A stretch of 42,454 bases of DNA from Patescibacteria group bacterium (GCA_038063715.1 JBBTUO010000025.1:1-42454); one strand, 5' to 3'. Positions 1 to 9,573 are shown, counted from the stretch's first letter. The notes: generated by a model from the sequence alone, not told the origin. A program made the numbers and translations.

Positions 1-697
1 CTGGCAGCTTTGTGTCAGAAGATGTGGCTTGGGTGCTAAACGACAGTGTGTTTGACATCGCTACGTTACCCGCCGCATCTTTAGAACGGAGCAGTACGTA
101 ATACGTGGTACCCGGAGAGAGTCGTTTCAGTATGATCTCATGAGTCTTGGTGAGATTTTTCTTTTCAGTTATCACAGTCGTTGTCGCGGATTGATTAACA
201 GGACTTACGGTACTCAAGAATACTGTACTGTCGGATCGTTCGTTGGTTACCCATCGTACCTCGGCTTGAGTTTTTGCTGGTCTAAATGCGATCCCGCTTA
301 TTACCGGCGCCAAGATATCTGGCGTTGACGAAGCGTTATTGCCGGTGAATTTTTTGCCGATGCCAAACGGCAACTGACACTCGAGATTCCAATCAATCGG
401 GCCATTATGGGCGATCCACCCCGGGGCTATTAAATGCCCGAACGCTCGCAAACAGCTTTTGGCGTTCTTGTCTTCCTTTTTCGCGTTGTCTTTTTTGTCA
501 TCGGCATCATCTTTTTCGCTTTTTGCTCCGAAAATTTTCAACGTGAGTTCTTTTTTGTCGGATTTGTTATTGTCGTTTTTGTCTTTTTTGTCGCCATTGC
601 TTTCCGCAAAACCACTGAGAGGGGCTAGAGCCACAAAACTCATGAGCAGTGCTGCGATTATCAATGGCATATATGCTTTTTGATGTAAGGTTTTCAT
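1..697 (-). CDS. Secreted/surface protein with a fibronectin type III-like domain (runs off the window start; missing from the ORF track)
   Basis: Hand translation from ATG at 697: MKTLHQKAYMPLIIAALLMSFVALAPLSGFAES (signal peptide), a K/D-rich linker, GHLIAPGW...LPFGIGKK, then FN3-like AEVRWVTNERSDS...HEIILKRLSPGTTYYVLLRSKDAAGN. The frame is open to position 2. Confidence 0.8.
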   Translation of the reverse strand, partial: MKTLHQKAYMPLIIAALLMSFVALAPLSGFAESNGDKKDKNDNNKSDKKELTLKIFGAKSEKDDADDKKDNAKKEDKNAKSCLRAFGHLIAPGWIAHNGPIDWNLECQLPFGIGKKFTGNNASSTPDILAPVISGIAFRPAKTQAEVRWVTNERSDSTVFLSTVSPVNQSATTTVITEKKNLTKTHEIILKRLSPGTTYYVLLRSKDAAGNVAMSNTLSFSTQATSSDTKLP

Positions 698-767
698 AAA
701 TGGTTTTAATGATTATTCCGATAATACATAGAGAATTTCGGCCGATTTCTCTGTGTTCCACTGTAGA

Positions 768-794
768 TAGACGGTTTGCAATGCGCATCCTTAC
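768..794 (-). promoter_or_regulatory. Putative ECF sigma promoter (GTAAG-N16-CGTCTA) for the FN3 gene
   Basis: Minus strand GTAAG at 794-790, 16-nt spacer, CGTCTA at 773-768; same architecture as the site upstream of the sigma gene. Confidence 0.55.
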
Positions 795-874
795 GTGACA
801 ACCGACTTGTTTGCGGTACAATCTAGATATAGGGCAGATGGGCCATTGTCTGGTATAAAAAGAGCACTGATTAT

Positions 875-900
875 GTAAGAATTTGGCTCGTCGCACGTTG
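875..900 (+). promoter_or_regulatory. Putative autoregulatory ECF promoter (GTAAG-N16-CGTTG), near-leaderless
   Basis: GTAAG 875-879, 16-nt spacer, CGTTG 896-900, ATG at 906. Confidence 0.55.
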
Positions 901-905
901 TACAT

Positions 906-1454
906 ATGCAGAAGAAAGGCAATACATTACAAAACACTTTCAATACCATATATACCGAGGAATCCAATGCAATATTCCGATTTTGTTACACTCGTGTATC
1001 AAGTCGTGAGCAGGCTCTCGATCTCACCCAGGAGACGTTTCTGCGACTCTGGCAGACGTTGTCCGACGGTAAGACGGTCAGCAACTACCGAGCCTTTCTG
1101 TTTACTGTCGCTCGCCACTTGATTATTGATTGGTATCGAAAGAAAAAATCCCTCTCGCTTGAGGGTCTGGCTGAAGAAGATGAGACAAAAAGTTACGCTG
1201 ACCCGAGTGATGGAAGTACGAACATCGATCGCGAGCTTGATGCCGAGGGCCGGTACGTGAAGGAGAAGATACAGCTTTTGGATGCCACTTATCGGGACGC
1301 AATACATCTTCGATTCGTGGAAGGTCTCCCGCCAACAGTGATAGGTAGAATTTTAGGAATTTCAACAAACGCGGTGTCAGTCAGAATCAATCGAGGAATA
1401 GAAAAGCTTCGCTTTTTGACAGGATATGATATTGATACCGATGGGATAGCATAA
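906..1454 (+). CDS. ECF-family RNA polymerase sigma-70 factor
   Basis: 182 aa; region 2 (ALDLTQETFLRLW, FLFTVARHLIIDWYRK) and region 4 HTH (IGRILGISTNAVSVRINRG). Confidence 0.93.
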   Translation: MQKKGNTLQNTFNTIYTEESNAIFRFCYTRVSSREQALDLTQETFLRLWQTLSDGKTVSNYRAFLFTVARHLIIDWYRKKKSLSLEGLAEEDETKSYADPSDGSTNIDRELDAEGRYVKEKIQLLDATYRDAIHLRFVEGLPPTVIGRILGISTNAVSVRINRGIEKLRFLTGYDIDTDGIA

Positions 1455-1458
1455 AAAC

Positions 1459-2532
1459 ATGAACGATATACACTTTACAAAGGGCATTGAAAATATTAAA
1501 AAAGTAACGATGACAGCCGCAGAAAAACGGCGTATGGTCGAAAGCATTCTCGCTTCTCGGCCTGTTTCCCGTTCTCCGTTTTCTCAATGGGATGTGTATT
1601 TGTGGGGTACCTGGAAACATCACTACAAACGGCTAGTGCCTGTCGGCGCTCTTGCCGGTGTTATGCTTTTGATCGGAGGAAGTTTGACCTATGCCGCTGA
1701 AGGGACACTCCCCGGCGATGTGTTGTATCCTTTTAAGATAGCGATTTCAGAACCGGTGCGGGGTTTTTTGGCCATTGGTCTTGAGGCGGAGGCGAGATGG
1801 CATGTTCGCCAATCAGTCAGGCGAATGCAGGAAGTTGAAAAATTGGTTGTCCAAGGAACACTCGACTTGGTGAGAGAGTCGCAGGTTAAAAGTTTGCTTA
1901 AAAAACACGCTCAGGATCTTGGAAAAACACTCGATGACGTTCGCCAGAAATTTGGCTCGGACGCTGTCGATTCGGTGGTGCTGAAATTCCAAGCCCAGAT
2001 GAATGGGCACGCGAAAGTGCTTGACGTTATAAAATCAGAAGAGAAGGAGTCAAAACAATCATTCACGACAGCTGATGTTGCTGAAGCGGCTCGTGAGTCT
2101 GCCCGTGATATTCAGGCTACGGTGCGGGTGAGCCGTACTGAAGCCAAACAACCGGATCTCATTAAAAAATTTGTTGAACAGCGAACAGAAAAGAATGATC
2201 ACGCATCCGCGGCTTCCTATGCTGAAACCGTTCATTCGCTTCAGTCTGAACTACGGTCAACGGCCATTGATCTTAATGCGTTTGGAACCGGAACGGAGCC
2301 GCTTGGGCAAAAATTGATTGAGAGCGCTCGTGCTACACTTATTGAAGCCGAGAAATCATTGGAGCAGGCAACAGTAGAGAGTGGAAGGGGCGAGAAAGAA
2401 AATGCTGGAAAATCGCTTTTTAATTCAAAACGTTCTGTGCTTGAAAGCCAGGTGTTGCTTGGCGAAGGCCTCCGGCTTGAAGGTACGGTGAGTGATGCCG
2501 GCAAGGGGATTCGGAAGAACAAAAATGACTAA
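1459..2532 (+). CDS. Putative membrane anti-sigma factor (DUF5667-like)
   Basis: Immediately follows the ECF sigma gene; one TM helix followed by AEGTLPGDVLYPFK...E, then a helical extracytoplasmic region. Confidence 0.7.
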   Translation: MNDIHFTKGIENIKKVTMTAAEKRRMVESILASRPVSRSPFSQWDVYLWGTWKHHYKRLVPVGALAGVMLLIGGSLTYAAEGTLPGDVLYPFKIAISEPVRGFLAIGLEAEARWHVRQSVRRMQEVEKLVVQGTLDLVRESQVKSLLKKHAQDLGKTLDDVRQKFGSDAVDSVVLKFQAQMNGHAKVLDVIKSEEKESKQSFTTADVAEAARESARDIQATVRVSRTEAKQPDLIKKFVEQRTEKNDHASAASYAETVHSLQSELRSTAIDLNAFGTGTEPLGQKLIESARATLIEAEKSLEQATVESGRGEKENAGKSLFNSKRSVLESQVLLGEGLRLEGTVSDAGKGIRKNKND

Positions 2533-3370
2533 AGATAAATATAGCGCGGTTTGGGTCTCGCACTCATCGATGGGCGATTTTTTGAAATGTCCGCGAGCGT
2601 ATTTTTTGCACAATATTTACAAACACCCGAAAACCGGCAAAAAAATAAATATCATTAACCCGGCGCTCGCGCTCGGACAGATTGTCCATGAGGTGGTGGA
2701 AGGTCTCGGTGAGTTCAAAGCGGATGAAAGATTCAATCGGCCGCTGTTAGACATTTTTGATACGGCCTGGGAAAAAGTGTCCGGCAAGAAGGGTGGGTTT
2801 AAAAATGCGGATGAGGAGTCGCTTGCTCACGAGCGAGGTAAGGCGATGATCGCGCGCGTGATAGCGCACCCTGGGCCGCTCAAAAATAAAACAGTTCGAA
2901 TGAAGGCGGGGGCCAACGACATGCCGCCGAATTTTTATTTATCTGAAGATGACAATATAATTTTGTGCGGAAAAATTGATTGGCTTGAATATATTCCTGA
3001 GAAAGACGCGGTGAGGTTGATTGATTTTAAGACTGGCAAGCATGATGAGGATGGTGAGTCTCTTCAACTTCCGATTTATCACTTACTATTAAAACATTGC
3101 CAAGATCGTCCGCTCGCCGGTGCTGCATACTGGTATTTGGATCGTGATGACGAGCCGAAGCCAGTTGACTTGCCAGATCTTGAAAAGGGTCGTCAGGCCG
3201 TGCTCGTCGTCGCCAGAAAAGTGAAGGAGGCGCGCGAGAAAAAAGAATTTTTGTGCCCGCGTGGGGAGCGGGGCTGTTTTGCCTGCCAGCCGTTTGAAAA
3301 AGTTGTCCGAGGCGAGGCGGAGTTTATTGGGACAGGAGAGTACAATCAGGATATCTACATAATAAATTAA
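2525..3370 (+). CDS. PD-(D/E)XK RecB/AddB-like nuclease, probable 4Fe-4S
   Basis: SHSS..DFLKCPRAYF, G..VH, GKID, DFKTG, QLPIY, C-terminal CX6CX2C; likely start ATG 2525 overlaps the end of the upstream gene. Confidence 0.85.
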   Translation: MTKDKYSAVWVSHSSMGDFLKCPRAYFLHNIYKHPKTGKKINIINPALALGQIVHEVVEGLGEFKADERFNRPLLDIFDTAWEKVSGKKGGFKNADEESLAHERGKAMIARVIAHPGPLKNKTVRMKAGANDMPPNFYLSEDDNIILCGKIDWLEYIPEKDAVRLIDFKTGKHDEDGESLQLPIYHLLLKHCQDRPLAGAAYWYLDRDDEPKPVDLPDLEKGRQAVLVVARKVKEAREKKEFLCPRGERGCFACQPFEKVVRGEAEFIGTGEYNQDIYIIN

Positions 3371-3423
3371 ACCCGCCCGAACGTGCCGTTTCGGTACGGT
3401 CGGGGATTTAAGATTCACGATTC

Positions 3424-4332
3424 ATGAATGAAAATACGGACGCACTAAAGCTTAAGATTCAGGAACTTCTCAGAAAAGAAATTACGAAGTTTTCGCTTAA
3501 GGGTAAGGGGTATTGTAACAATGCGTATTATGTCGAAACTCGCGACGAAGGAAAATATATTGTAAAGAAGGAAATAACCGGTGAGGGCGCCAACAAGCAG
3601 GAAAATAATTTGTCTGTAGAAGCCCGTGTCATTCAACAGCTCTACACTAGGGGGCTGTCAATTTCGGTACCTCACATAATTTTTGTTTCAGAGGATCCTA
3701 AAATGTTCGCGTATGAATATATTGAGGGAAATATGATGATGGGGGAATGGGATTCTTTTTCAGAAGACCAGAAGATTAGTGTTTGCCAGGCCCTCGGTCG
3801 TTTTCATGCCGAAATTGGTAAAAATTTTAGCAAGGAGATGGCGAAAGACACCGGTATTAAACTCGATGAGTCCGCAGATGTTCATCCAGAAGTTACCAAT
3901 GAATACAGCAAGCTTATTGTCGCCCTAGATGTGCCTGATGATTTTAAAATACTCGCAAAGGAGGCAAAAGTAATATTTGCAGGAACATTGGATAGGGCAG
4001 TATTTCAATTTATTCATAACGATTCTCACCACGAGAACATTATCACTCAGAACAAAAAGATTTCTGGGATTATTGACTTCGGTGCTGCCGAGTACGGGGA
4101 AGTGGCGAAGGAGTTTTCTCGTTACATTCGAGATTACCCGGATTATTTTCAGTATATAGTTTCCGCGTATGAAAAAAAATCAGGAAACAATCTTTCGTAT
4201 GATCGTCTCGTGAGCGGTGCATTATTGTGTGGTTTTATGGAAATTGTAGATGATTATAGAAAAGGAGGTCAGGATCGGGCAAAAGCCGAAAAAGCTATAG
4301 CCACATATCGAAAACTTTTGAGCGTGCAATAA
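3424..4332 (+). CDS. Aminoglycoside phosphotransferase/choline kinase-like protein
   Basis: GKGYCNNAY nucleotide loop, Brenner motif HNDSHHENII, IIDFG. Confidence 0.8.
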   Translation: MNENTDALKLKIQELLRKEITKFSLKGKGYCNNAYYVETRDEGKYIVKKEITGEGANKQENNLSVEARVIQQLYTRGLSISVPHIIFVSEDPKMFAYEYIEGNMMMGEWDSFSEDQKISVCQALGRFHAEIGKNFSKEMAKDTGIKLDESADVHPEVTNEYSKLIVALDVPDDFKILAKEAKVIFAGTLDRAVFQFIHNDSHHENIITQNKKISGIIDFGAAEYGEVAKEFSRYIRDYPDYFQYIVSAYEKKSGNNLSYDRLVSGALLCGFMEIVDDYRKGGQDRAKAEKAIATYRKLLSVQ

Positions 4333-4346
4333 TTGTTCAAGGTCCG

Positions 4347-4500
4347 GCCTCAAACAAATTAACAACTTGTTTGAGGCGTTCTTTATCTATTCCAATGTTC
4401 TGCAGAACATTGGAATAGATTCGGACGATATGTTGTACAAATATAGTTAACGGCTCACCCGTGCTACCGGTGAGCCGTTAAGCAAAAGCATTGAGCCGTT
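4347..4500. repeat. Cluster of inverted repeats between convergent genes, including a 36-bp perfect palindrome
   Basis: Hairpin 4347-4377; palindrome ATCTATTCCAATGTTCTG|CAGAACATTGGAATAGAT 4385-4420; hairpin TTAACGGCTCACC..GGTGAGCCGTTAA 4447-4481. Confidence 0.85.
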
Positions 4501-4505
4501 GAAGA

Positions 4506-7500
4506 CTAAACCAGCTCTTTTATTTTTTCTGCAATAAGGCTCACCTCGTCATTTCGGTTTGAAACCTTTCCTTTGATGACGACGCACTTTTCGGCGACGA
4601 GCAGTTTGCTGAATTCAGCGAAGACGCGCGGGAAGACAACCACCTCTATCGTTCCAGACATGTCCGCGAGACGCAGAAACATCATTTGGTCATTTTTTTT
4701 AGTGATGATTGGTTTTGCTTCTTCAATAATGCCACCAAGGACAGCTATCATGCCATCCTTCATTTCCGCTTTTACTTTGGCGACGGTTATCTCGCGTTTT
4801 TCAAGAACAGTTTTAAATTTATCGAGCGGGTGTCCGGAAATGTACAGGCCAAGTAATTCTTTTTCCCAGATTAATTTTTCACTTTGGGTTGCGGGAGGTG
4901 CGGGGGTAAGGTGGAGGTCGGATCCATCTTGAGACACGCTTGTCGCGCCGAAGAGCGATTCTTGATTGTCAGGTGCTCTTGATTTTTCTTTATTGTATGC
5001 GAGTAAATTTTCCACGTTCGCAAGCATGATCCCGCGTTCGCCAAATTCATCCATCGCTCCAGACTTGATAAGTGCCTCAATTGATTTTTTATTTAAATTT
5101 CTATCGCGAATACGATCCAGGAAATTACCAAGAGATTTAAATGCGCCGTGCTCGACACGCTCTTTAATAATTATATCCGCTATCCCTTCGCCGAAGTTTT
5201 TAATAGTTGTAAGACCAAATCTAATGCGATCATCGGAGGGTACTTTCCCTTTGACCACGGTAAAACCAGAAAAACTTTCGTTGATAGAGGGCGGCAGTAC
5301 TGGAATGTTCATTCTTTTACACTCTCCGATAATTTCGGAAATTTTTTCAACATCTCCTGAGTCGGCGGTGAGTACCGAGGACATGTATATAGCGGGGAAG
5401 TTGGCTTTCATGTAGGCGGTTTGATACGCTACCTTGCCGTAACTTGCGGCGTGAGCCTTGCCGAACCCGTATGCGGCAAACGGCTCAATAAGTTTCCAGA
5501 GTTCCTCGGCTTTTTTTTCGGACATGCCGTTTTTTACGAGACCCTTAAAAAGTTTTTCTTTTTGAGCCTCCATTTCGGCCACAATTTTCTTGCCCATAGC
5601 TTTGCGAAGTTTGTCGGCTTCAAGCCACGAATAGCCAGCTAGATGTATGGCGATAAGCATGACATCTTCTTGGTATGTAATCACGCCGTAAGATGCAATG
5701 AGAATGTCTTTCATTCGCGGGTCAAGATATTTCACAAGTGCGGGATTATGTTTGCGTTCTATATATTGTGGGATTGATTCCATCGGGCCTGGACGGTAAA
5801 GTGCCACCATAGCATTGATGTCGTGGATGGTGCTTGGACGCAGATCTTTTAAGTGTTTAGTCATGCCCGAACCGTTGAGTTGAAAAAGCCCACCAGTAAT
5901 GCCAAGGGCAAGCATGGCGAATGTTTTTTTATCGTCGATCGGTATTGTGTCTATATCTACATCTACATTCTCCAGTTTTTTTGCGAGATTGACCGAATCA
6001 GCGAGGATTGAAAGATTTTTTATTCCAAGAAAGTCTAATTTCAAAAGGCCGACATCTTCCATTACGTACATGTCGTACTGGGTGATGATTTTGCCTTCGC
6101 CTTTCGGGTCAAATTGAAGTGGGGTGAAGTCTATAAGTGGTGTAGGCGAAATAACAACGCCGGCAGCGTGTACAGAAATGTGTCTGGCGCACCCTTCGAT
6201 TTTTTTTGCTAAATCTATAATTTCTTTTACCTCCACCTCTTCCGTGTACGCCTTTTTTAATTCCGGAACTAGTTCTATTGCACGATCAATGGACATTGGA
6301 AAACCTTGTGAACCCATCGGGATTAATTTTGCAATTCGATCACTCAGTGTGTATGGGTGGCCGAGTGCTCTGGCGACATCGCGGACTGAACCTCGTGCCA
6401 TCATGGTACCGAATGTTCCCACCTGCGCTACTTTGTCTGCGCCGTATTTTTTTCGGGCGTAGGCAATGAGCTCATCTCTTCTGTTGTCGGCGATGTCCAT
6501 GTCTATATCGGGAGCTGACGGTCTTTCGGGGTTCAAAAATCGTTCAAAGGGCAGTTTGTACTCGATTGGATTTACCGTACTGATGTATGTGAGGTAAGAC
6601 ACCATTGAACCGGCAGCCGAACCTCTGGTGGTACTCAAAATTTTTTCTTGCCTTGCGTGGCGTAACAAATCCGACACCACCAAAAAATACGGCGCGTAGC
6701 CTTTGTCCTTAATAATTTTTAATTCGTAATCTACACGGGCGGTAATTTCTGGAGTTTTTTCCAAACCTCGGGTTTTAATTCCGGAATAGGCGAGTGAGCG
6801 TAATTCGTCGTCAAGAGTTTTGCCGGAGACAACTTGGTAGTCAGGAAATACCCATTTCCCCATTTCAATTTCGACATTGCACATGTCGGCGATTTTCGCA
6901 GTGTTTTCGAGTGCCTCAGGCAGGTCTTTGAAGAATTTCTTAGCCTGGGTTTCGGTGATGAAAGAAAAGTCGCCAGCATTTTCTGCGCCAAATGATCGCT
7001 CGCTTAGTTCCGCGTTGCTATTCACGAGTGTGAGCGTGTCACGAGCTTTTTTGTCATCTGGACTTAAATAATAGACATCGTGGCAGGCAGTAAGAGGGGT
7101 TACGCTTTCTTTAGCGAACAAAACTAGAGCATCCATACTTTTTTCATGACCCTCAATTTCGGGGTGGCGGGTAATTTCCAGAAAAAAGTTTTCAGAGCCG
7201 AAAACCTTTTTGTACCAGTCAGAAAGTTCAGCAGCTTTTTTTGTGTCGCCATTTTTGAGCGCGTTTACGATAGGGCCACTGAATGATGGTGAGATGGCAA
7301 CGATACCCTCGGCGTGTTTTTCGATAAGTTCGGTATCGATTCGTGGTTTGTAGTAGAAACCCTCGAGGTGGGCTGCGGTAGTGAGTTTAATTAAATTTTT
7401 GTAGCCGGTCAGATTTTTTGCCAGAAGCACCAGACGTGAACGACGATTGTCTACCCCCGCTTGTTTGTCGTGTCGAGTGCGCAGAGCAAGATATGCGTCA

Positions 7501-7700
7501 ATGCCAATGATAGGTTTAATTCCGGCGCTTTTGCAGGATTTATAAAACTCAATGGCCCCATACATATTTCCATTGTCGGTAAGGGCAAGGGCTGGCATAC
7601 CGGCCGATTTCGCAGCCTCTACCAGCTCGTCAATTTTAGGCAGGGCCGCAAGCAGGCTATAATGAGAATGAGTGTGTAGGTGTGAAAATTTTCCTGACAT
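4506..7700 (-). CDS. dnaE: DNA polymerase III alpha subunit
   Basis: PHP domain HLHTHSHYSLL, RGSAAGS, FERFLNPER..PDIDMD, C-terminal OB fold. Confidence 0.97.
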   Translation of the reverse strand: MSGKFSHLHTHSHYSLLAALPKIDELVEAAKSAGMPALALTDNGNMYGAIEFYKSCKSAGIKPIIGIDAYLALRTRHDKQAGVDNRRSRLVLLAKNLTGYKNLIKLTTAAHLEGFYYKPRIDTELIEKHAEGIVAISPSFSGPIVNALKNGDTKKAAELSDWYKKVFGSENFFLEITRHPEIEGHEKSMDALVLFAKESVTPLTACHDVYYLSPDDKKARDTLTLVNSNAELSERSFGAENAGDFSFITETQAKKFFKDLPEALENTAKIADMCNVEIEMGKWVFPDYQVVSGKTLDDELRSLAYSGIKTRGLEKTPEITARVDYELKIIKDKGYAPYFLVVSDLLRHARQEKILSTTRGSAAGSMVSYLTYISTVNPIEYKLPFERFLNPERPSAPDIDMDIADNRRDELIAYARKKYGADKVAQVGTFGTMMARGSVRDVARALGHPYTLSDRIAKLIPMGSQGFPMSIDRAIELVPELKKAYTEEVEVKEIIDLAKKIEGCARHISVHAAGVVISPTPLIDFTPLQFDPKGEGKIITQYDMYVMEDVGLLKLDFLGIKNLSILADSVNLAKKLENVDVDIDTIPIDDKKTFAMLALGITGGLFQLNGSGMTKHLKDLRPSTIHDINAMVALYRPGPMESIPQYIERKHNPALVKYLDPRMKDILIASYGVITYQEDVMLIAIHLAGYSWLEADKLRKAMGKKIVAEMEAQKEKLFKGLVKNGMSEKKAEELWKLIEPFAAYGFGKAHAASYGKVAYQTAYMKANFPAIYMSSVLTADSGDVEKISEIIGECKRMNIPVLPPSINESFSGFTVVKGKVPSDDRIRFGLTTIKNFGEGIADIIIKERVEHGAFKSLGNFLDRIRDRNLNKKSIEALIKSGAMDEFGERGIMLANVENLLAYNKEKSRAPDNQESLFGATSVSQDGSDLHLTPAPPATQSEKLIWEKELLGLYISGHPLDKFKTVLEKREITVAKVKAEMKDGMIAVLGGIIEEAKPIITKKNDQMMFLRLADMSGTIEVVVFPRVFAEFSKLLVAEKCVVIKGKVSNRNDEVSLIAEKIKELV

Positions 7701-7746
7701 ACACGGATTATACTATAAGTTATTGGTGGTGTATGTTTTTAATGTA

Positions 7747-8358
7747 ATGCATAAAATTAAGTATATCGTTGGTATTGATGAGGCGGGCAGGGGGCCATTA
7801 GCTGGGCCGGTCTCCGTCGGTGCTTTTGCAGTTTCTGTCGAATGGCAAAATAAACTTTCCGGGTTTTTCCCGAAAGGAAAAGTGAAGGATTCAAAAAAAC
7901 TTTCGTCACAAGTTCGTGAAAATATTTTTAACTTGTTACAAGTAGCGAAAGGTCGTAGCGAAATTTCGTATGCCGTCTCTTTTTCGAGTGCAGAATTGAT
8001 TGATAGAAAGGGAATTTCTTTTTCGATACGCCAAGCTTTGGCCCGATCGCTAACGAAACTTGGTATTGCCCCCGGCTCGGCGCAAGTTCTTCTTGACGGC
8101 AGTTTGAGCGCGCCCGCGGAGTTCTTGAATCAGCGGACAATTATAAAAGGGGATGAAAAAGAGTCGGTGATTGCGCTGGCATCAATTGTTGCAAAGGTGT
8201 CGCGTGATCGAAAGATGAAAATGTTTGCTAAAAAATATCCCGAATACGGTTTTGAGGTACACAAGGGGTACGGCACGCGAGAACACTGTCAATACATCAA
8301 AAAACACGGTTTGTCGCCGATACATCGCAGGTCGTTTACGAAAAAGTTCGCAAAGTAG
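7747..8358 (+). CDS. rnhB: Ribonuclease HII
   Basis: GIDEAGRGPLAGPV, DSKKLS, ASIVAKVSRD, HKGYGT, HRRSF; start moved to ATG 7747. Confidence 0.95.
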   Translation: MHKIKYIVGIDEAGRGPLAGPVSVGAFAVSVEWQNKLSGFFPKGKVKDSKKLSSQVRENIFNLLQVAKGRSEISYAVSFSSAELIDRKGISFSIRQALARSLTKLGIAPGSAQVLLDGSLSAPAEFLNQRTIIKGDEKESVIALASIVAKVSRDRKMKMFAKKYPEYGFEVHKGYGTREHCQYIKKHGLSPIHRRSFTKKFAK

Positions 8359-8371
8359 GGACTTTTTAAGG

Positions 8372-8414
8372 CCAACGGCTCACTGGTTTCGTGACAAAAC
8401 CAGTGAGCCGTTGG
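8372..8414. repeat. Hairpin of the AACGGCTCA/TGAGCCGTT family; probable rnhB terminator
   Basis: 18-bp stem CCAACGGCTCACTGGTTT / AAACCAGTGAGCCGTTGG, followed by a T-run. Confidence 0.7.
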
Positions 8415-8429
8415 AATTTTTTTGAATCC

Positions 8430-8457
8430 TTGACATTGTCCTGGGCAAGCGTAGACT
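8430..8457 (+). promoter_or_regulatory. Putative sigma70 promoter
   Basis: TTGACA-N16-TAGACT upstream of the lipoprotein gene. Confidence 0.5.
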
Positions 8458-8517
8458 GACCCTCAGTTTGTAAATCGTCATTTCAACCAAAAATTCGGTC
8501 AAAAGAAGGAGTCTCGC

Positions 8518-9156
8518 ATGAAAAACCTGTTCTGTCTGTTTCTGTCCGTCACCCTGCTCGTCGGGGGTTGTTCTTCGCCCACCTGTCAAAAGGTGTTGAA
8601 TCGCACCACGATTGACTACGTCAATGTCGGCCTCAATCCCGACCAGCTCGTCAGCCTGTTCGACGCCGCCCACAAGGATAAGGGCAAGATTACCAAGAAG
8701 CGTTTGGAAGAACTGGGCCTGAATTTCGGGTCGAAAAATCTTCTGACTGCAAGCGGGTCAAGCGCGTTCATCACGCTCTTTGGCCCGAACGTCTATCAGG
8801 AGCAGATTCAGCACCTGATGAAGGACGGCATCAATGAGATCGACGGATACCTTCTTGTTCAGCCGCTCTACCGTGCTGTCACAAACAGGGCCAGTCGTCT
8901 TTACGTCAACAAGCAGGTGAAGACCGCACAGGGTCCGGACCTGCAGGTGAACATCCTGCTTAAAGACGACGTGGTGGTTTACGCTTCAATCAAATCCATC
9001 ACTCATGACAGCCGCCAGGTCAACTGGCGTTTGGGTGGCGGTATCATCGACCTCTTTGGTGAGGCGGGTAGCGCAGTTGGAGCGATTGCTAAGCCTCGTC
9101 GGCGCCCGAAATTCTCTGGCGGAAGGCGCCATCGCCGGCTTCGGTCTCGTCGGTAG
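8518..9156 (+). CDS. Hypothetical lipoprotein with an Arg-rich C-terminus
   Basis: Lipobox-like MKNLFCLFLSVTLLVGG|C; own candidate promoter and terminator. Confidence 0.65.
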   Translation: MKNLFCLFLSVTLLVGGCSSPTCQKVLNRTTIDYVNVGLNPDQLVSLFDAAHKDKGKITKKRLEELGLNFGSKNLLTASGSSAFITLFGPNVYQEQIQHLMKDGINEIDGYLLVQPLYRAVTNRASRLYVNKQVKTAQGPDLQVNILLKDDVVVYASIKSITHDSRQVNWRLGGGIIDLFGEAGSAVGAIAKPRRRPKFSGGRRHRRLRSRR

Positions 9157-9170
9157 TCCAATTTAGTTCG

Positions 9171-9212
9171 CCCCGGCGGTCTGTCTGACAGACCGCCGGG
9201 GATTTTATTTTC
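9171..9212 (+). terminator. Intrinsic terminator
   Basis: CCCCGGCGGTCTGTC-T-GACAGACCGCCGGGG followed by a T-rich tract. Confidence 0.8.
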
Positions 9213-9270
9213 TTCCTATAAACAGGCCATATATTGCAAAATTTTAAAATCCGTATATACTATCTTTCAT

Positions 9271-9501
9271 ATGGTAGTTCGAATGCGTGCCAACAGAGGT
9301 CATAGAGATAATCGACGGAGCCATTTCGCTTTGGGCGCTCCTCGTTTTTCTACATGCAAAGACTGTGGAGCCTCGCATTTGCGACACCGGGTTTGTACCA
9401 CCTGCGGAAAGTACAAGGGTGCACAGGTTTTGAACGTGCACGCTAAGATTGAAAAGAAGGCGAAAAAGACGAAGGCCGAGGCGGTAGCGGTAAAAAACTA
9501 A
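9271..9501 (+). CDS. rpmF: 50S ribosomal protein L32
   Basis: RRSH..L, CKDCG...HRVCTTCGKYKG zinc ribbon. Confidence 0.93.
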   Translation: MVVRMRANRGHRDNRRSHFALGAPRFSTCKDCGASHLRHRVCTTCGKYKGAQVLNVHAKIEKKAKKTKAEAVAVKN

Positions 9502-9566
9502 CAATTGACAGATGACAATTGCCATTTGACAGGGGTCAAATGTTAAAGGTTACTTGTTAAATGTTC
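9499..9566. repeat. Inverted array of 7-bp-periodic units, copy 1
   Basis: ACAATTG ACAGATG ACAATTG CCATTTG AC..TCAAATG TTAAAGG TTACTTG TTAAATG. Confidence 0.75.
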
Positions 9567-9573
9567 TTTAGCA
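9562..9573 (+). promoter_or_regulatory. boxA-like element just upstream of nusB
   Basis: TGTTCTTTAGCA versus the boxA consensus TGYTCTTTAACA; ends 4 nt before the ATG. Confidence 0.5.

Noticed and set aside
140-905. ORF-track entries 140-328, 434-628, 459-683 and 567-905
   Set aside because: Shadows of the real minus-strand gene starting at 697; their hydrophobic look comes from antisense reading of Lys/Asp codons
2525-3370. Cas4 of a CRISPR system
   Set aside because: Shares the fold and Cys pattern, but there is no cas1/cas2 or array nearby; better described as a RecB/AddB-like nuclease
3424-4332. Bona fide aminoglycoside resistance gene
   Set aside because: Only superfamily kinase motifs are visible; the substrate cannot be inferred
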